From an archaeon (GTDB lineage Archaea > Nanobdellota > Nanobdellia > Pacearchaeales > GW2011-AR1), in assembly GCA_030699005.1 (NCBI GenBank), contig JAUYLQ010000034.1, positions 1 to 34,730 on the forward strand: 34,730 nucleotides of DNA, written 5' to 3'. How positions within the stretch are numbered: the first letter of the stretch is position 1; the number at the start of each line of letters is the position of its first letter. Below, in pieces: positions 17,501 to 26,225 of the stretch. A program made the translations under genes and the position numbers. Below the pieces are notes generated by a model. The model was not told the origin of the DNA and searched no databases. It saw only the letters and a list, made by a program, of their open reading frames with translations.

Positions 17501-17645
17501 GGGTAAAAGATTTAGTTCCTATTGTTGGATTTTTAAGTCAGTTATTACCCTCTTAAATTAACCTGGTTTAATTCAACTCATTTTATGATTAAATCAAGGG
17601 AATAGTTCTTGAATAATCTGAAGCGGGATTGATTAAATCAATTCA
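17501..17645 (+). other. Structured intergenic element (two hairpins plus a repeated palindrome); candidate ncRNA or 5' leader
   Basis: GGGTAA(17501-06)/TTACCC(17545-50) enclose GATTTAG/TTAAGTC and TCC/GGA stems; CCTGGTTTAAT(17562-72)/ATTAAATCAAGG(17588-99); TGATTAAATCAA at 17586 and 17630. Confidence 0.35.
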
Positions 17646-17648
17646 CTC

Positions 17649-17759
17649 ATGAAAAAAGAAAACGAAAAAAAAGATGTTGAGAAAGAATTGGGCTTTCTGT
17701 ACGAGAAAACTTTGAGCCTTGAAGATGAAGTTAATTCATTTGCGAAGATAGAGGATTAA
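17649..17759 (+). CDS. Putative 36-aa helical micro-protein (not in ORF track)
   Basis: MKKENEKKDVEKELGFLYEKTLSLEDEVNSFAKIED*. Genome-typical K/E composition; fills the gap and ends 7 nt before the proS stop. Confidence 0.5.
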   Translation: MKKENEKKDVEKELGFLYEKTLSLEDEVNSFAKIED

Positions 17760-17766
17760 TTTCAAT

Positions 17767-19224
17767 TTAGTAACTTCTTCCAATATAAACTACTTTTTTA
17801 GCGGGTTTGTTGCAGAAGGGGCAATTTCCGCTTCCCTTTTCGTTTGAATTTGCAAGAGTTCCCCTAACTTCTGCCCCAAACTTTTTTTCAACGAGGTGTG
17901 CGCAATTGAGGCCATCATTATCTGTTGAGCAAAAGTTAACTTTTGCAACTTTTCCTTCATCTAGAATTTTTTTTATCTCTTTTTCTGTTTTTCCCAGGGA
18001 TATTTTTCCTTTGAATACTTTATCTGCTTTTTCAACAAGTCTTCTGTCGAATTCCAGCCCAAGTTTTGGAATGTTTTTCAGGTCCCCGTCCTTTATTTTT
18101 AATTTTTCTTTTGTGTCTCTCGTAAAAAGAGTTAATTCTTTTTTTTCGAGTTCTTTTTCTCCAAACTCTATTCTGAATGGGACTCCTTTTAATTCCCACA
18201 TATGGTACTTTTCTCCCGGTCTTTTTTCTGTGTCCTCGTCAAGTTCGGTCCTTATCCCCATTTTTTTCAGTTTTGAGTATATTTCTTTTGCTTTTTCTAG
18301 AACTTTTTCCTTATTTTTTACTGTAAATATGGGCACAATTACAACCTGTGTTGGAGTAATTGAGTACGGAAGAACCAATCCCGAGTCATCACCATGCGTC
18401 GATATGACCGAAACCAAAATTCTGGAAACCGCAGGACCATATGCAGTCGTCCATAAAAATTCTTTTTTTCCGTCTTCATTTTCAAAATCTGCTCCGAAGG
18501 CTTTTGAAAACTTTTGACCCATTAAGTGTGTTGAAGGCTGCTGGATTAATTTACCGTCCGGCATAAAGCAGTCTGAACCAACAGTATATTCGGCCCCGGC
18601 AAACTTATCCCATTCAGGTCTTTTCATCGGAAGAAATGGAATTCCAAATGTTTGGTGCATTATTTTCTCAGTTACAGCTATATCTTCCTGAACTTGTTTT
18701 TCCGCATCCTCTTTTGATTTAAATGCGTCATGGCATTCTATCCATATGAACTCCCTTGCTCTTATCAGAGGTCGTGTTGCTTTTGTATCTAATCTAAAAA
18801 CATTTGCTCTTTGGTATAACTTTAATGGAAGATCTCTCCAGCTTCTTATCCAAAGTTTGAACATGGGGGTGTAGACTGTTTCAGAGGTTGGTCTTAGTGC
18901 AAGTTCTTGCCCTTCATTTATGTCTTTTAACCAAAAAACCTGAGGAGTAAACCCTTCAATATGCTCGCTTTCTTTAGTAAGATTTTCTTTTGGGATTACA
19001 GTTGGCATGAATGTAGGCTTGTGCCCGTTTTTCTGGAGTTCTTTTTCCAAGTGCATAAACATGTTTTCCATTGTAAGCGCTCCCCACGGCCTCATTATCA
19101 CAAATCCTTTTATTCCTAATCTTGAATCTAGAATTTCAGCTTTTTCGGTAACTTGAGTGAACCATTCAGAGAAATTTTCATTCTTTTTTACAGTCAATCC
19201 TTCCTGAGATTTTTTTCCTTCCAT
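17767..19224 (-). CDS. proS: Proline--tRNA ligase, archaeal/eukaryotic type (no INS editing domain)
   Basis: FSEWF, HIEGFTPQVFW, LALRPTSET, WIRSWRDLPLKLYQ, TRPLIRAREF.W.E.H, KFAGA, WELKGVP.RIE.G, C-terminal Cys cluster and terminal GRSY. Confidence 0.98.
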   Translation of the reverse strand: MEGKKSQEGLTVKKNENFSEWFTQVTEKAEILDSRLGIKGFVIMRPWGALTMENMFMHLEKELQKNGHKPTFMPTVIPKENLTKESEHIEGFTPQVFWLKDINEGQELALRPTSETVYTPMFKLWIRSWRDLPLKLYQRANVFRLDTKATRPLIRAREFIWIECHDAFKSKEDAEKQVQEDIAVTEKIMHQTFGIPFLPMKRPEWDKFAGAEYTVGSDCFMPDGKLIQQPSTHLMGQKFSKAFGADFENEDGKKEFLWTTAYGPAVSRILVSVISTHGDDSGLVLPYSITPTQVVIVPIFTVKNKEKVLEKAKEIYSKLKKMGIRTELDEDTEKRPGEKYHMWELKGVPFRIEFGEKELEKKELTLFTRDTKEKLKIKDGDLKNIPKLGLEFDRRLVEKADKVFKGKISLGKTEKEIKKILDEGKVAKVNFCSTDNDGLNCAHLVEKKFGAEVRGTLANSNEKGSGNCPFCNKPAKKVVYIGRSY

Positions 19225-19262
19225 TTTATTTAAAAGTTTTACCGGTTTAAATTAATTTAGTA

Positions 19263-20144
19263 TTAAATTATTGTCATATTTAAAATCTGCTCGCCTATCG
19301 CATTTACTCCAAGACGAATTTTATCAGCTTCAAGTGCAAATCCAATTCCTTCAGAGTTTGCAAGCTTGAAATTATTCATTCCGATTGCTTTTCCATTTTG
19401 GTTTATAAGGGGTCCACCCGAGTTCCCCGGATTTAATTGTGCGTTAGTTTGAACGTATGAACCTTCTGTTCCAAAGCCTGTTCTTCCGACTGCGGAGACA
19501 ATCCCGTCTGTTGCAGAGAAACTTAATCCTTCAGGAGTTCCTATTGCAACTACTTTTTCTCCAATTTTTACATTGCTAGAATCTTCCATAATAAGGTGTC
19601 CGTATCCTGAAGTTGTTTTTATAACTGCAAGGTCTAAATTTTGAATATATCCTACAAGGGTTCCGGAGTTTGCCTTGTTATCACTTGTTATAATCTGAAT
19701 GACATCCGAAACTTCTCCATTTGAATTCTGAATTACATGGAGGTTCGTTACAACATAGCCTTCACCATTCACAAAAAACCCAGACCCTTGGGAAGAAAAA
19801 GTTCTTACTATAACAATTGAACTCAAAACTTCGCGGATTATCCCTGAGAAATCCGTACCCGCTTGATCCTGAAGCCTCACTAACTGCTCATTTGTAGAAG
19901 TGATATTTGCATTAAGGGAGCTTATTTCTTCATTTAAAGAGCTCTTTGTGATTATGACCTCTGATGCTATTTCATTTATTTTATTATCTGTTGAAGTTGA
20001 TAATTCTGAAATTTGTGCTTTTAAGGCAGCGTTTTCAATGTTTTGCTTAACAACTATCCCATTAAGAAGAATCCCAATTACAACAAGAGAAACTATAACA
20101 AGTGTTGAAAAACTCCCAAGAATTATCTTATGGTGCCTCTTCAT
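19263..20144 (-). CDS. Membrane-anchored trypsin-like (HtrA/DegP-type) serine protease without PDZ
   Basis: TM + coiled coil, GSGFF, VTNLHV, DLAVIK, AIGTPEGL, QTNAQLNPGNSGGPL. Ends shortly after the protease domain. ATG 20144 preferred. Confidence 0.93.
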   Translation of the reverse strand: MKRHHKIILGSFSTLVIVSLVVIGILLNGIVVKQNIENAALKAQISELSTSTDNKINEIASEVIITKSSLNEEISSLNANITSTNEQLVRLQDQAGTDFSGIIREVLSSIVIVRTFSSQGSGFFVNGEGYVVTNLHVIQNSNGEVSDVIQIITSDNKANSGTLVGYIQNLDLAVIKTTSGYGHLIMEDSSNVKIGEKVVAIGTPEGLSFSATDGIVSAVGRTGFGTEGSYVQTNAQLNPGNSGGPLINQNGKAIGMNNFKLANSEGIGFALEADKIRLGVNAIGEQILNMTII

Positions 20145-20164
20145 TATATTAATCAAATCTCAAA

Positions 20165-20174
20165 TTATTTAAAT
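20165..20174. promoter_or_regulatory. Shared bidirectional TATA-like box (protease gene / tRNA-Arg)
   Basis: Palindromic ATTTAAAT at 20167-20174, equidistant from the protease ATG (20144) and the tRNA 5' end (20197). Confidence 0.55.
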
Positions 20175-20196
20175 CTAACTTGATACGTTTTCTTAT

Positions 20197-20268
20197 GGGC
20201 GCATAGTTCAACGGATAGAATTTCGGGTTTCGGCCCCGAAGATCTAGGTTCGATTCCTAGTGCGCTCA
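20197..20268 (+). tRNA. tRNA-Arg (anticodon UCG), intronless, CCA not encoded
   Basis: Acceptor GGGCGCA/TGCGCTC, D-arm GTTC-AACGGATA-GAAT, anticodon arm TCGGG-TTTCGGC-CCCGA, T-arm CTAGG-TTCGATT-CCTAG, A20 Arg identity element, discriminator A. Confidence 0.97.
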
Positions 20269-20376
20269 TAATGTGGAAATGTAAAAATCAATAAAATTTT
20301 TTTAGAATATTGTACCTTTACCGAGGAGTATTAATAAATAAAAAATTATATAAATTGAATTTTCCTCTAGTAGAAC

Positions 20377-22569
20377 ATGAATGGAAAGAGGGGTTTGTCA
20401 AGTGTCCTGACTGTTTTAATTATAATACTTTTAGTCCTTGCTGCCATCGGGATACTTTGGGTTCCTTTGAAGGGTTTATTTGAGTCTGGTTCAAATTCAA
20501 TAACTGTTTCTGACTTTGCAGTTGATATGGTTATAAAGGGAGTATCTGTGAATGAAACAAACCTTTCATCTAATATTTTGATAAGGAAAAATCCTGGGTT
20601 TGCAGGTGAAGTGAATATTACTGCGATACAATTTGTTTTTGAAGATGAAATAAACTCCCAAAGTTTTAAAATTGAAGTTCCAGGGGGACTGCCGACAATT
20701 GCTGAAAAGGCCTTTTCATTTGACCTCTCAGGAGGAGTTCTTAATGTTAGCAGGTTAACAAGAGTTTCAATTATTCCAATTTACTTTAATGATAACGGAA
20801 AAGAGGTTATCTCTTCAATTGCTTCCTCATCTTATAACATAAATGGAGGGAGTGGGAGGGCAGTCAATAATGGTTCGGCAACAATGCATGTTCTTTCCAT
20901 TTCAATTACCTCTCCCTCAAATGGAGCAAATTTTAATTCCGGTTTAAGTGTTCCGATACAAACTTCAGTAATTGATTCGGAATCTAACATAACAAAGGTT
21001 GAATTTTTTGCAAACGGAGTTTCAATTAATAACGACACAACTTCTCCTTATTCATACACTTGGAACAGCCCCCCTCCCGGAACTTATCAATTAAGAACGA
21101 CAGTAACAAGTAATGGAGACCAGTCACAGAGTCCCATTGTAGCAATAACTGTCTTAAGTCTGGGGAACAATCCTCCGGCAGTTTCAATTACTTCACCAAG
21201 TAATGGAGCAACATTTAACGCAGGTTCGACAGTTAACATTAGTGCAACAGCAACGGACTCTGATGGAACAGTAACCAAAGTTGAATTTTTAAGAAACGGA
21301 GTTTCAATTAATAACGACACAACTTCTCCATATTCATATTCTTGGACAAATGTACAGGCTGGAAGTTATAATTTGACTGCAAAGGCAACTGACAACGGTG
21401 GAATCGTTACTACTTCGGGCGTTGTCGGAATAATTGTTATAAGCGGAACTTCTTCAGTTTGCGGAAATGGAATAATAGAATCAGGAGAAGTATGTGATGA
21501 CAGTAACCTTGTTGGAGGAGATGGCTGCTCAGCAATATGTCAGGTTGAGGTCGGTTGGAATTGTTCAGGTCAACCAAGTGCTTGCACCCCTCAAAATTGG
21601 TTTAGCCCTGCCTGGAACTTTAGGACCAAATTAACAATTAGTCCGGTTTCTTCAAATCTAAATAATTTTCCTATTTATCTGGATTTGTCTGACTTTTCTT
21701 CACAATTTCATAATGGAGTGAATTCTGGTGGTGTTGACATAAGAATAACTAAAGGAGATGGGATAACAGAACTCCCCCGTGAAATTGTTTCTTACAATTC
21801 AGCAACAGATAGTGGGGAAGTTTGGTTTAAGGGAAACCTTTCAAGTACAAAAAATAATGAATTTTATGTTTATTATGGAAATGCAGGAGCAAGTGATTAT
21901 GCAGTCACAGCGACGTATGGAAGAAATGCAGTGTGGACTAGTTACAGGGGAGTATTTCATTTCAACGAACTATCTGGCGGAACGGGAGCGATAAAGGACG
22001 CGACGGGTCAAGGAAATGACGCGACGGATACAGGGAGTCCCACATTTGCTCAAATCGGCAAGCTTGGAAAGGCCATATTTCTTGATGGTGCTAATGACAG
22101 GGTACGCATAGGTAATAAAAACCTCGCCGTCTCAGCATTCACCGTGAGCGTATGGATGAACATACAGCAAAACGCAACCACCAACTACCCCTTTCTTTCG
22201 GTCGGTAGTTCAAATCGGTTATATTTACGTCCAGGAGATGAATATCTTACTATAGATAATTTAACTAAGCAAGGGATATCTACTGCATCTAATTATAATA
22301 CGTGGGCATATATAACAGTAACACGCGATGGAACATCTGCTACTTATTACAGAAATGGTGTGAACGTCACTACGTGGACAGTGGGAGCAAATAATGTAAA
22401 TTATTCACTTGCATATATCGGTGGCGATGGTAGTTATTGGGCAAGGGGTCACCTAGACGAGGAAAGAATCTCAGACCAAAAACGCTCTATAGAATGGATT
22501 TCAACCGAATACAGCAACCAGAATTCACCATCAACTTTTTATTCATTTGGACTTGACGAAGCCAGATAA
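20377..22569 (+). CDS. Class III signal-peptide (archaeal pilin-like) surface protein: 2x Ig-like domains, Cys-rich repeat, DUF2341-like, LamG/ConA-like
   Basis: MNGKRG/LSSVLTVLIIILLVLAAIGILW; two ISITSPSNGA..TKVEF..NGVSINNDTTSPYSY.W repeats; CGNGIIESGEVCDDSN..GDGCSAICQVE.GW.C; DIRIT..G.TELPREI..VWFK..FYVYYGN; FTVSVW..W..ITVTRDG..YYRNG..G.LDE.RIS. Confidence 0.88.
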   Translation: MNGKRGLSSVLTVLIIILLVLAAIGILWVPLKGLFESGSNSITVSDFAVDMVIKGVSVNETNLSSNILIRKNPGFAGEVNITAIQFVFEDEINSQSFKIEVPGGLPTIAEKAFSFDLSGGVLNVSRLTRVSIIPIYFNDNGKEVISSIASSSYNINGGSGRAVNNGSATMHVLSISITSPSNGANFNSGLSVPIQTSVIDSESNITKVEFFANGVSINNDTTSPYSYTWNSPPPGTYQLRTTVTSNGDQSQSPIVAITVLSLGNNPPAVSITSPSNGATFNAGSTVNISATATDSDGTVTKVEFLRNGVSINNDTTSPYSYSWTNVQAGSYNLTAKATDNGGIVTTSGVVGIIVISGTSSVCGNGIIESGEVCDDSNLVGGDGCSAICQVEVGWNCSGQPSACTPQNWFSPAWNFRTKLTISPVSSNLNNFPIYLDLSDFSSQFHNGVNSGGVDIRITKGDGITELPREIVSYNSATDSGEVWFKGNLSSTKNNEFYVYYGNAGASDYAVTATYGRNAVWTSYRGVFHFNELSGGTGAIKDATGQGNDATDTGSPTFAQIGKLGKAIFLDGANDRVRIGNKNLAVSAFTVSVWMNIQQNATTNYPFLSVGSSNRLYLRPGDEYLTIDNLTKQGISTASNYNTWAYITVTRDGTSATYYRNGVNVTTWTVGANNVNYSLAYIGGDGSYWARGHLDEERISDQKRSIEWISTEYSNQNSPSTFYSFGLDEAR
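21012..21329 (+). repeat. 36-bp perfect direct repeat within the duplicated Ig domains
   Basis: AAACGGAGTTTCAATTAATAACGACACAACTTCTCC at 21012-21047 and 21294-21329 (282 nt apart, in frame). Confidence 0.9.
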
Positions 22570-22624
22570 AATTTATAACCGTTCTAACCAACATCTTTTT
22601 AACTTTTGATTAATTTATTCTTCT

Positions 22625-23899
22625 ATGGAAATAGATAAGAACTTTGGGAATTATGTGGAAGTCGAAACCGGAAAAAAAATTTATGAGGGAACTTTACTTC
22701 CAAGTCCAGAAACTGGAGCGTTCTTGTTAAAGCTAGAGAATGGATACAACATCGGCTTTAATAAAAAAGACATTTTAAAATTGAAGGTTATCCGAAAAGG
22801 AAAGGATGAGAAAAAAGAATTTAATCCTCCATTTTCAGAAGACAAAAAAAATATTGCTGTGATTATTACGGGGGGAACTATTGCTGCGAGACTAAATCCG
22901 GAGAAGGGCGGGGTTGACTGGTTAACTACTCCAGATGTGATGTTTAGGTTTTATCCAGAACTATTTGATAAAGTAAATGTGAAAAAAATAGAGGTTCCAT
23001 TTATGAAAGCTTCTGAAGACATGGATTACAAAGATTGGCAGGAAATTGCAAAAGTTGCAGTTCGTCTTTTGAATGATTCCGAGATAGAAGGAATTATAAT
23101 TACTCATGGAACAGATTTTTTGCATTATACTTCCGCAGCTTTATCCTTTTTTATTAAAAATCTGAATAAGCCAGTTGTCTTAACTTACTCTCAAAGAAGT
23201 ATTGATAGAGGAAGTAGTGATGCAAACCTTAATCTTCAGTGTTCTTCAATTGCTGCAATTTCTGATATTGCGGAGGTTATGCTCATTGGTCATGCGACAG
23301 AAAATGATGATTTTTGTTATGCAATGCCCGGAGCAAAAGTTAGAAAAATGCATTCTTCAAGAAGGGATGCTTTTAAAGTTGTCAATTCTGAGCCTTTTGC
23401 AAAAATTTCTCAGAATAAAATAGAGGGTATTTCAAAGTATAAGATTAGAAATAAAGGCAAGGTCGTTGCCGATTCAAAGTTTGAAGAAAAAGTCGCCCTT
23501 GTTAAAGTTTATCCGGGACAAGATCCGGATATACTTGACTATTATTTAAAGAAAGGATACAAGGGAATTGTTCTTGAATTTTCGGGTCTTGGGCATGCTC
23601 CGACTCTAAGAGCAAGAAAAAGCTGGATAAAAAAATTAAAGGAAGTTCAGGAAAAAGGTTTAATTGTTTGTGCGTCAGCACAGACTATTTACGGAAGACT
23701 TAATCCCCTTGTTTATTCAAATGGGAGAGAACTTTTGGAAACAGGGATAATTTATCTTGAAGATATGCTCTCCGAAACTGCTTATGTCAAGCTTGGATGG
23801 GTTCTTGGGCATAAAGAGTGGGCAGTTTCAAAAGAAAAAATAAAAGAAAAAATGCTCGAAAATGTTGCAGGAGAATTCAATAATAGGCTTGTCGAATAA
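22625..23899 (+). CDS. gatD: Glu-tRNA(Gln) amidotransferase subunit D
   Basis: LKLENGYNIG N-domain, TGGTIA, THGTD, SQRSIDR.SSD, VRKMHSSRRDAF, GLGH, DMLSETAYVKL.W. Confidence 0.97.
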   Translation: MEIDKNFGNYVEVETGKKIYEGTLLPSPETGAFLLKLENGYNIGFNKKDILKLKVIRKGKDEKKEFNPPFSEDKKNIAVIITGGTIAARLNPEKGGVDWLTTPDVMFRFYPELFDKVNVKKIEVPFMKASEDMDYKDWQEIAKVAVRLLNDSEIEGIIITHGTDFLHYTSAALSFFIKNLNKPVVLTYSQRSIDRGSSDANLNLQCSSIAAISDIAEVMLIGHATENDDFCYAMPGAKVRKMHSSRRDAFKVVNSEPFAKISQNKIEGISKYKIRNKGKVVADSKFEEKVALVKVYPGQDPDILDYYLKKGYKGIVLEFSGLGHAPTLRARKSWIKKLKEVQEKGLIVCASAQTIYGRLNPLVYSNGRELLETGIIYLEDMLSETAYVKLGWVLGHKEWAVSKEKIKEKMLENVAGEFNNRLVE

Positions 23900-24148
23900 T
23901 CAAGAATACATTTCTTTGTAGCTTTTTTTATAATCTTCTGCTGCTGCTTTGTCAATTATTTTGTAGTAGTTAATTAATTTATTAAATTGTTTTTCAAGAA
24001 AGGGATTCATAAGATAATCAAGCATTCTTTCGATTTCACTTTTGTCTAAAGGCTTGCTTTTTATAAAACTCTTAATTTCTTTATCAACTCTTGGGATTAA
24101 AGATTTTATATCTTTTATTATTTCTTCTATATTTCTTAAATTGACCAT
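23900..24148 (-). CDS. Small helical hypothetical protein (82 aa)
   Basis: AT-rich ORF exactly filling the gatD-gatE gap on the opposite strand, with TATA-like sequence upstream. Confidence 0.65.
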   Translation of the reverse strand: MVNLRNIEEIIKDIKSLIPRVDKEIKSFIKSKPLDKSEIERMLDYLMNPFLEKQFNKLINYYKIIDKAAAEDYKKSYKEMYS

Positions 24149-24202
24149 TATGGATATTTTTAAGACCGCCAGATTAATAAAGAATTCCTTTCTTTTTATT
24201 AA

Positions 24203-25645
24203 ATGGCATTTGATTATAAAAAATTAGGGTTTAAAGCAGGGCTCGAAATTCATCAGCAGCTTGACACACATAAACTTTTTTGCGAATGCCCTTCGGTACT
24301 TAGAACAGACGAACCGCTTTCAGTTGTAAAAAGAAAAATTCATGTTGTTGCAGGGGAAGGGGGAAAAGTTGACGTCGCAGCAAAATTTCAGGGGGAAATG
24401 GAGAAAGAATTTTTTTATCAAACTTATGACACAACATGTCTTGTTGAACTTGATGAAGAGCCACCTCATGAAATAAATTCTGAAGCAGTAAAAATTGCTC
24501 TTGAGATTGCACTTCTTTTAAACTGTGAAATTTTTCCGGCAACAGAAATTATGAGGAAAACAATAGTGAATGGTTCTAACACTTCCGGGTTTCAGAGAAC
24601 GGTTTTAATTGCCCACGGGGGTTACATTGAAACAAGTGAAGGAAAAGTTGGAATTAATTCAATTTACCTTGAAGAAGATTCTGCAAGACCAGTTGAGAAA
24701 GGAGAAAGTTCGGTTGTTTATAGGTTGGACAGGCTTGGAATCCCCCTCCTTGAAATTTCAACGGATCCGGATTTAAAATCTCCGTCTCAAGTCAAAGAAG
24801 CGGCCTTGAAAATCGGGGAAATTTTAAGGAGTACTAAAGTTAGAAGAGGGATAGGAACAATAAGGCAGGATGTTAACATTTCAATTAAAGGCGGGAGAAG
24901 AGTTGAAATAAAAGGATTCCAGGACCCAAAGATTATGGAGAAGTGTATTGAAATTGAAGTTCTTCGACAGAAAAGCTTTGTTGACAAAGGAGAAAAAAAT
25001 GCAAGTGAAGTAAGAAATTGCCTCCCTGATGGCACCACTGTTTTCTTAAGACCGATGCCTGGCTCTTCAAGAATGTACCCGGAAACTGATTTGCCAATTT
25101 TGAAAGTTTCAAGAGATTTAATTAGTCAAGTAAAGAAAAACCTTCCAAAACTTAAAAGTGAGCTTGAAGAGGAGCTAAAAAACCAAGGACTTTCAGAAGA
25201 GATGATAAGTTTATTATTCAAAGAGGGAAAACTTCAGGAATACAAAGAGCTTTATGAAATTAGCGGGAATCCTAAATTAATCTCAAAACTTTTGCTTTTG
25301 CTCCCCAAAGAGATAGCAAAAAAAGAGGGAAAGAAAATTGAAGAAATTGAGGAAACTCTCTCTTCGGATGTTTTAATTTTTGTACTAGAGTCTGTTTACA
25401 AAGAAAAAATTCAGGAAAAAGATGTGAAACACGTTCTTGAAAAGATTGTAACTGGGATTCCTCCTCAAGAAGCAATAAAACTTGAAAAGGAAGATTTTTC
25501 CGATATTGAGGAAAAAATTATGAATATCTTGAAAGAAAAACCGGGTCTTTCCCCAAATGCATATATGGGTCTTGTTATGAATGAGTCCAAAGGAAAAATT
25601 TCTGGTGAAGACGCAATGAAAATAATAAGGAAATTTTTGAAGTAA
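24203..25645 (+). CDS. gatE: Glu-tRNA(Gln) amidotransferase subunit E (short form)
   Basis: DYKKLGFKAGLEIHQQL..KLFC.CP, CLVELDEEPPH, MRK.IVNGSNTSGFQRT, LEEDSAR, YRLDRLGIPL.EI, RGIGTIRQDVNISI..G.RVEIKG.Q, RPMPGSSRMYPETD.P. Confidence 0.97.
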   Translation: MAFDYKKLGFKAGLEIHQQLDTHKLFCECPSVLRTDEPLSVVKRKIHVVAGEGGKVDVAAKFQGEMEKEFFYQTYDTTCLVELDEEPPHEINSEAVKIALEIALLLNCEIFPATEIMRKTIVNGSNTSGFQRTVLIAHGGYIETSEGKVGINSIYLEEDSARPVEKGESSVVYRLDRLGIPLLEISTDPDLKSPSQVKEAALKIGEILRSTKVRRGIGTIRQDVNISIKGGRRVEIKGFQDPKIMEKCIEIEVLRQKSFVDKGEKNASEVRNCLPDGTTVFLRPMPGSSRMYPETDLPILKVSRDLISQVKKNLPKLKSELEEELKNQGLSEEMISLLFKEGKLQEYKELYEISGNPKLISKLLLLLPKEIAKKEGKKIEEIEETLSSDVLIFVLESVYKEKIQEKDVKHVLEKIVTGIPPQEAIKLEKEDFSDIEEKIMNILKEKPGLSPNAYMGLVMNESKGKISGEDAMKIIRKFLK

Positions 25646-26166
25646 TGGAAATTAAAGTCGATTTTGCAACCGAAAAAGATTTGGATGCAGTTTACTCTTT
25701 AAATCAGGAAAATTTAAGAGAAAATGTTCCTAATCAAAAAGAAGGCTTTCTAACTTTTAATCCTTCTAAAAGTGATTGGAAAAAATACATTAATAACAAA
25801 TTAATTGTCGTTGCAAAAGATAAAAACTTTGTTGCAGGATATCTTTTAATTTTTGATGAGCCTCCGAATAATGAATTTTTCAATCCAATTGTAAAAGGGA
25901 TTAAGAAATTAAAGATAAAACATTACTTTCTTCTTGCTCAAGATTGTATTCATAGGGATTATCGTGGAAAAGGGATATTAAATATGCTTTATGATAAAAT
26001 AAAGCAAATTTATAAGAAAAAATATCACTTCGGAATCGGAGAGATAGAGGAATCCAATAAGATCTCTTATTATGTCCATATAAATAAAATTGGAATGGAG
26101 AAAATAGGGGAGTATTTTTTTGAAGGATTTAAATGGAATCTTGTTTCATTAAATTTAAGGAAATAG
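25645..26166 (+). CDS. GNAT-family N-acetyltransferase
   Basis: ATEKDLDAV, VVAKDKNFVAGY, acetyl-CoA motif CIHRDYRGKGI, N..S...H..GM; TAATG overlap with the gatE stop. Confidence 0.85.
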   Translation: MEIKVDFATEKDLDAVYSLNQENLRENVPNQKEGFLTFNPSKSDWKKYINNKLIVVAKDKNFVAGYLLIFDEPPNNEFFNPIVKGIKKLKIKHYFLLAQDCIHRDYRGKGILNMLYDKIKQIYKKKYHFGIGEIEESNKISYYVHINKIGMEKIGEYFFEGFKWNLVSLNLRK

Positions 26167-26225
26167 ATTATCGTAGAATTTTCCCCATAGAAAACATTAA
26201 AAATAACTTTATGCTAGAGGTTGTT

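Noticed and set aside
17585..17621. Box C/D sRNA (ATGATTA...CTGA)
   Set aside because: Box C imperfect, span too short, and no convincing C'/D' boxes.
17807..18517. 236-aa + strand ORF
   Set aside because: Antisense shadow of proS; F/S/L-rich composition mirrors K/E-rich codons on the coding strand.
21012..21329. 36-bp identical repeats (CRISPR-repeat length)
   Set aside because: Only two copies, 282 nt apart, in frame inside duplicated Ig domains; no spacers or cas genes.
21900..22569. Possible DGR target (variable C-terminal lectin domain)
   Set aside because: No reverse transcriptase and no template/variable repeat pair differing at adenines in the window; the domain looks LamG-like, not C-type lectin.
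20197..22600. Integrated element at tRNA-Arg
   Set aside because: No integrase, and I saw no duplicated tRNA 3' end (att site); only one surface-protein gene precedes housekeeping gatD.
23900..26166. GNAT toxin-antitoxin pair
   Set aside because: No adjacent RHH/DUF1778 antitoxin; the 82-aa ORF is separated from the GNAT by gatE and lies on the other strand.
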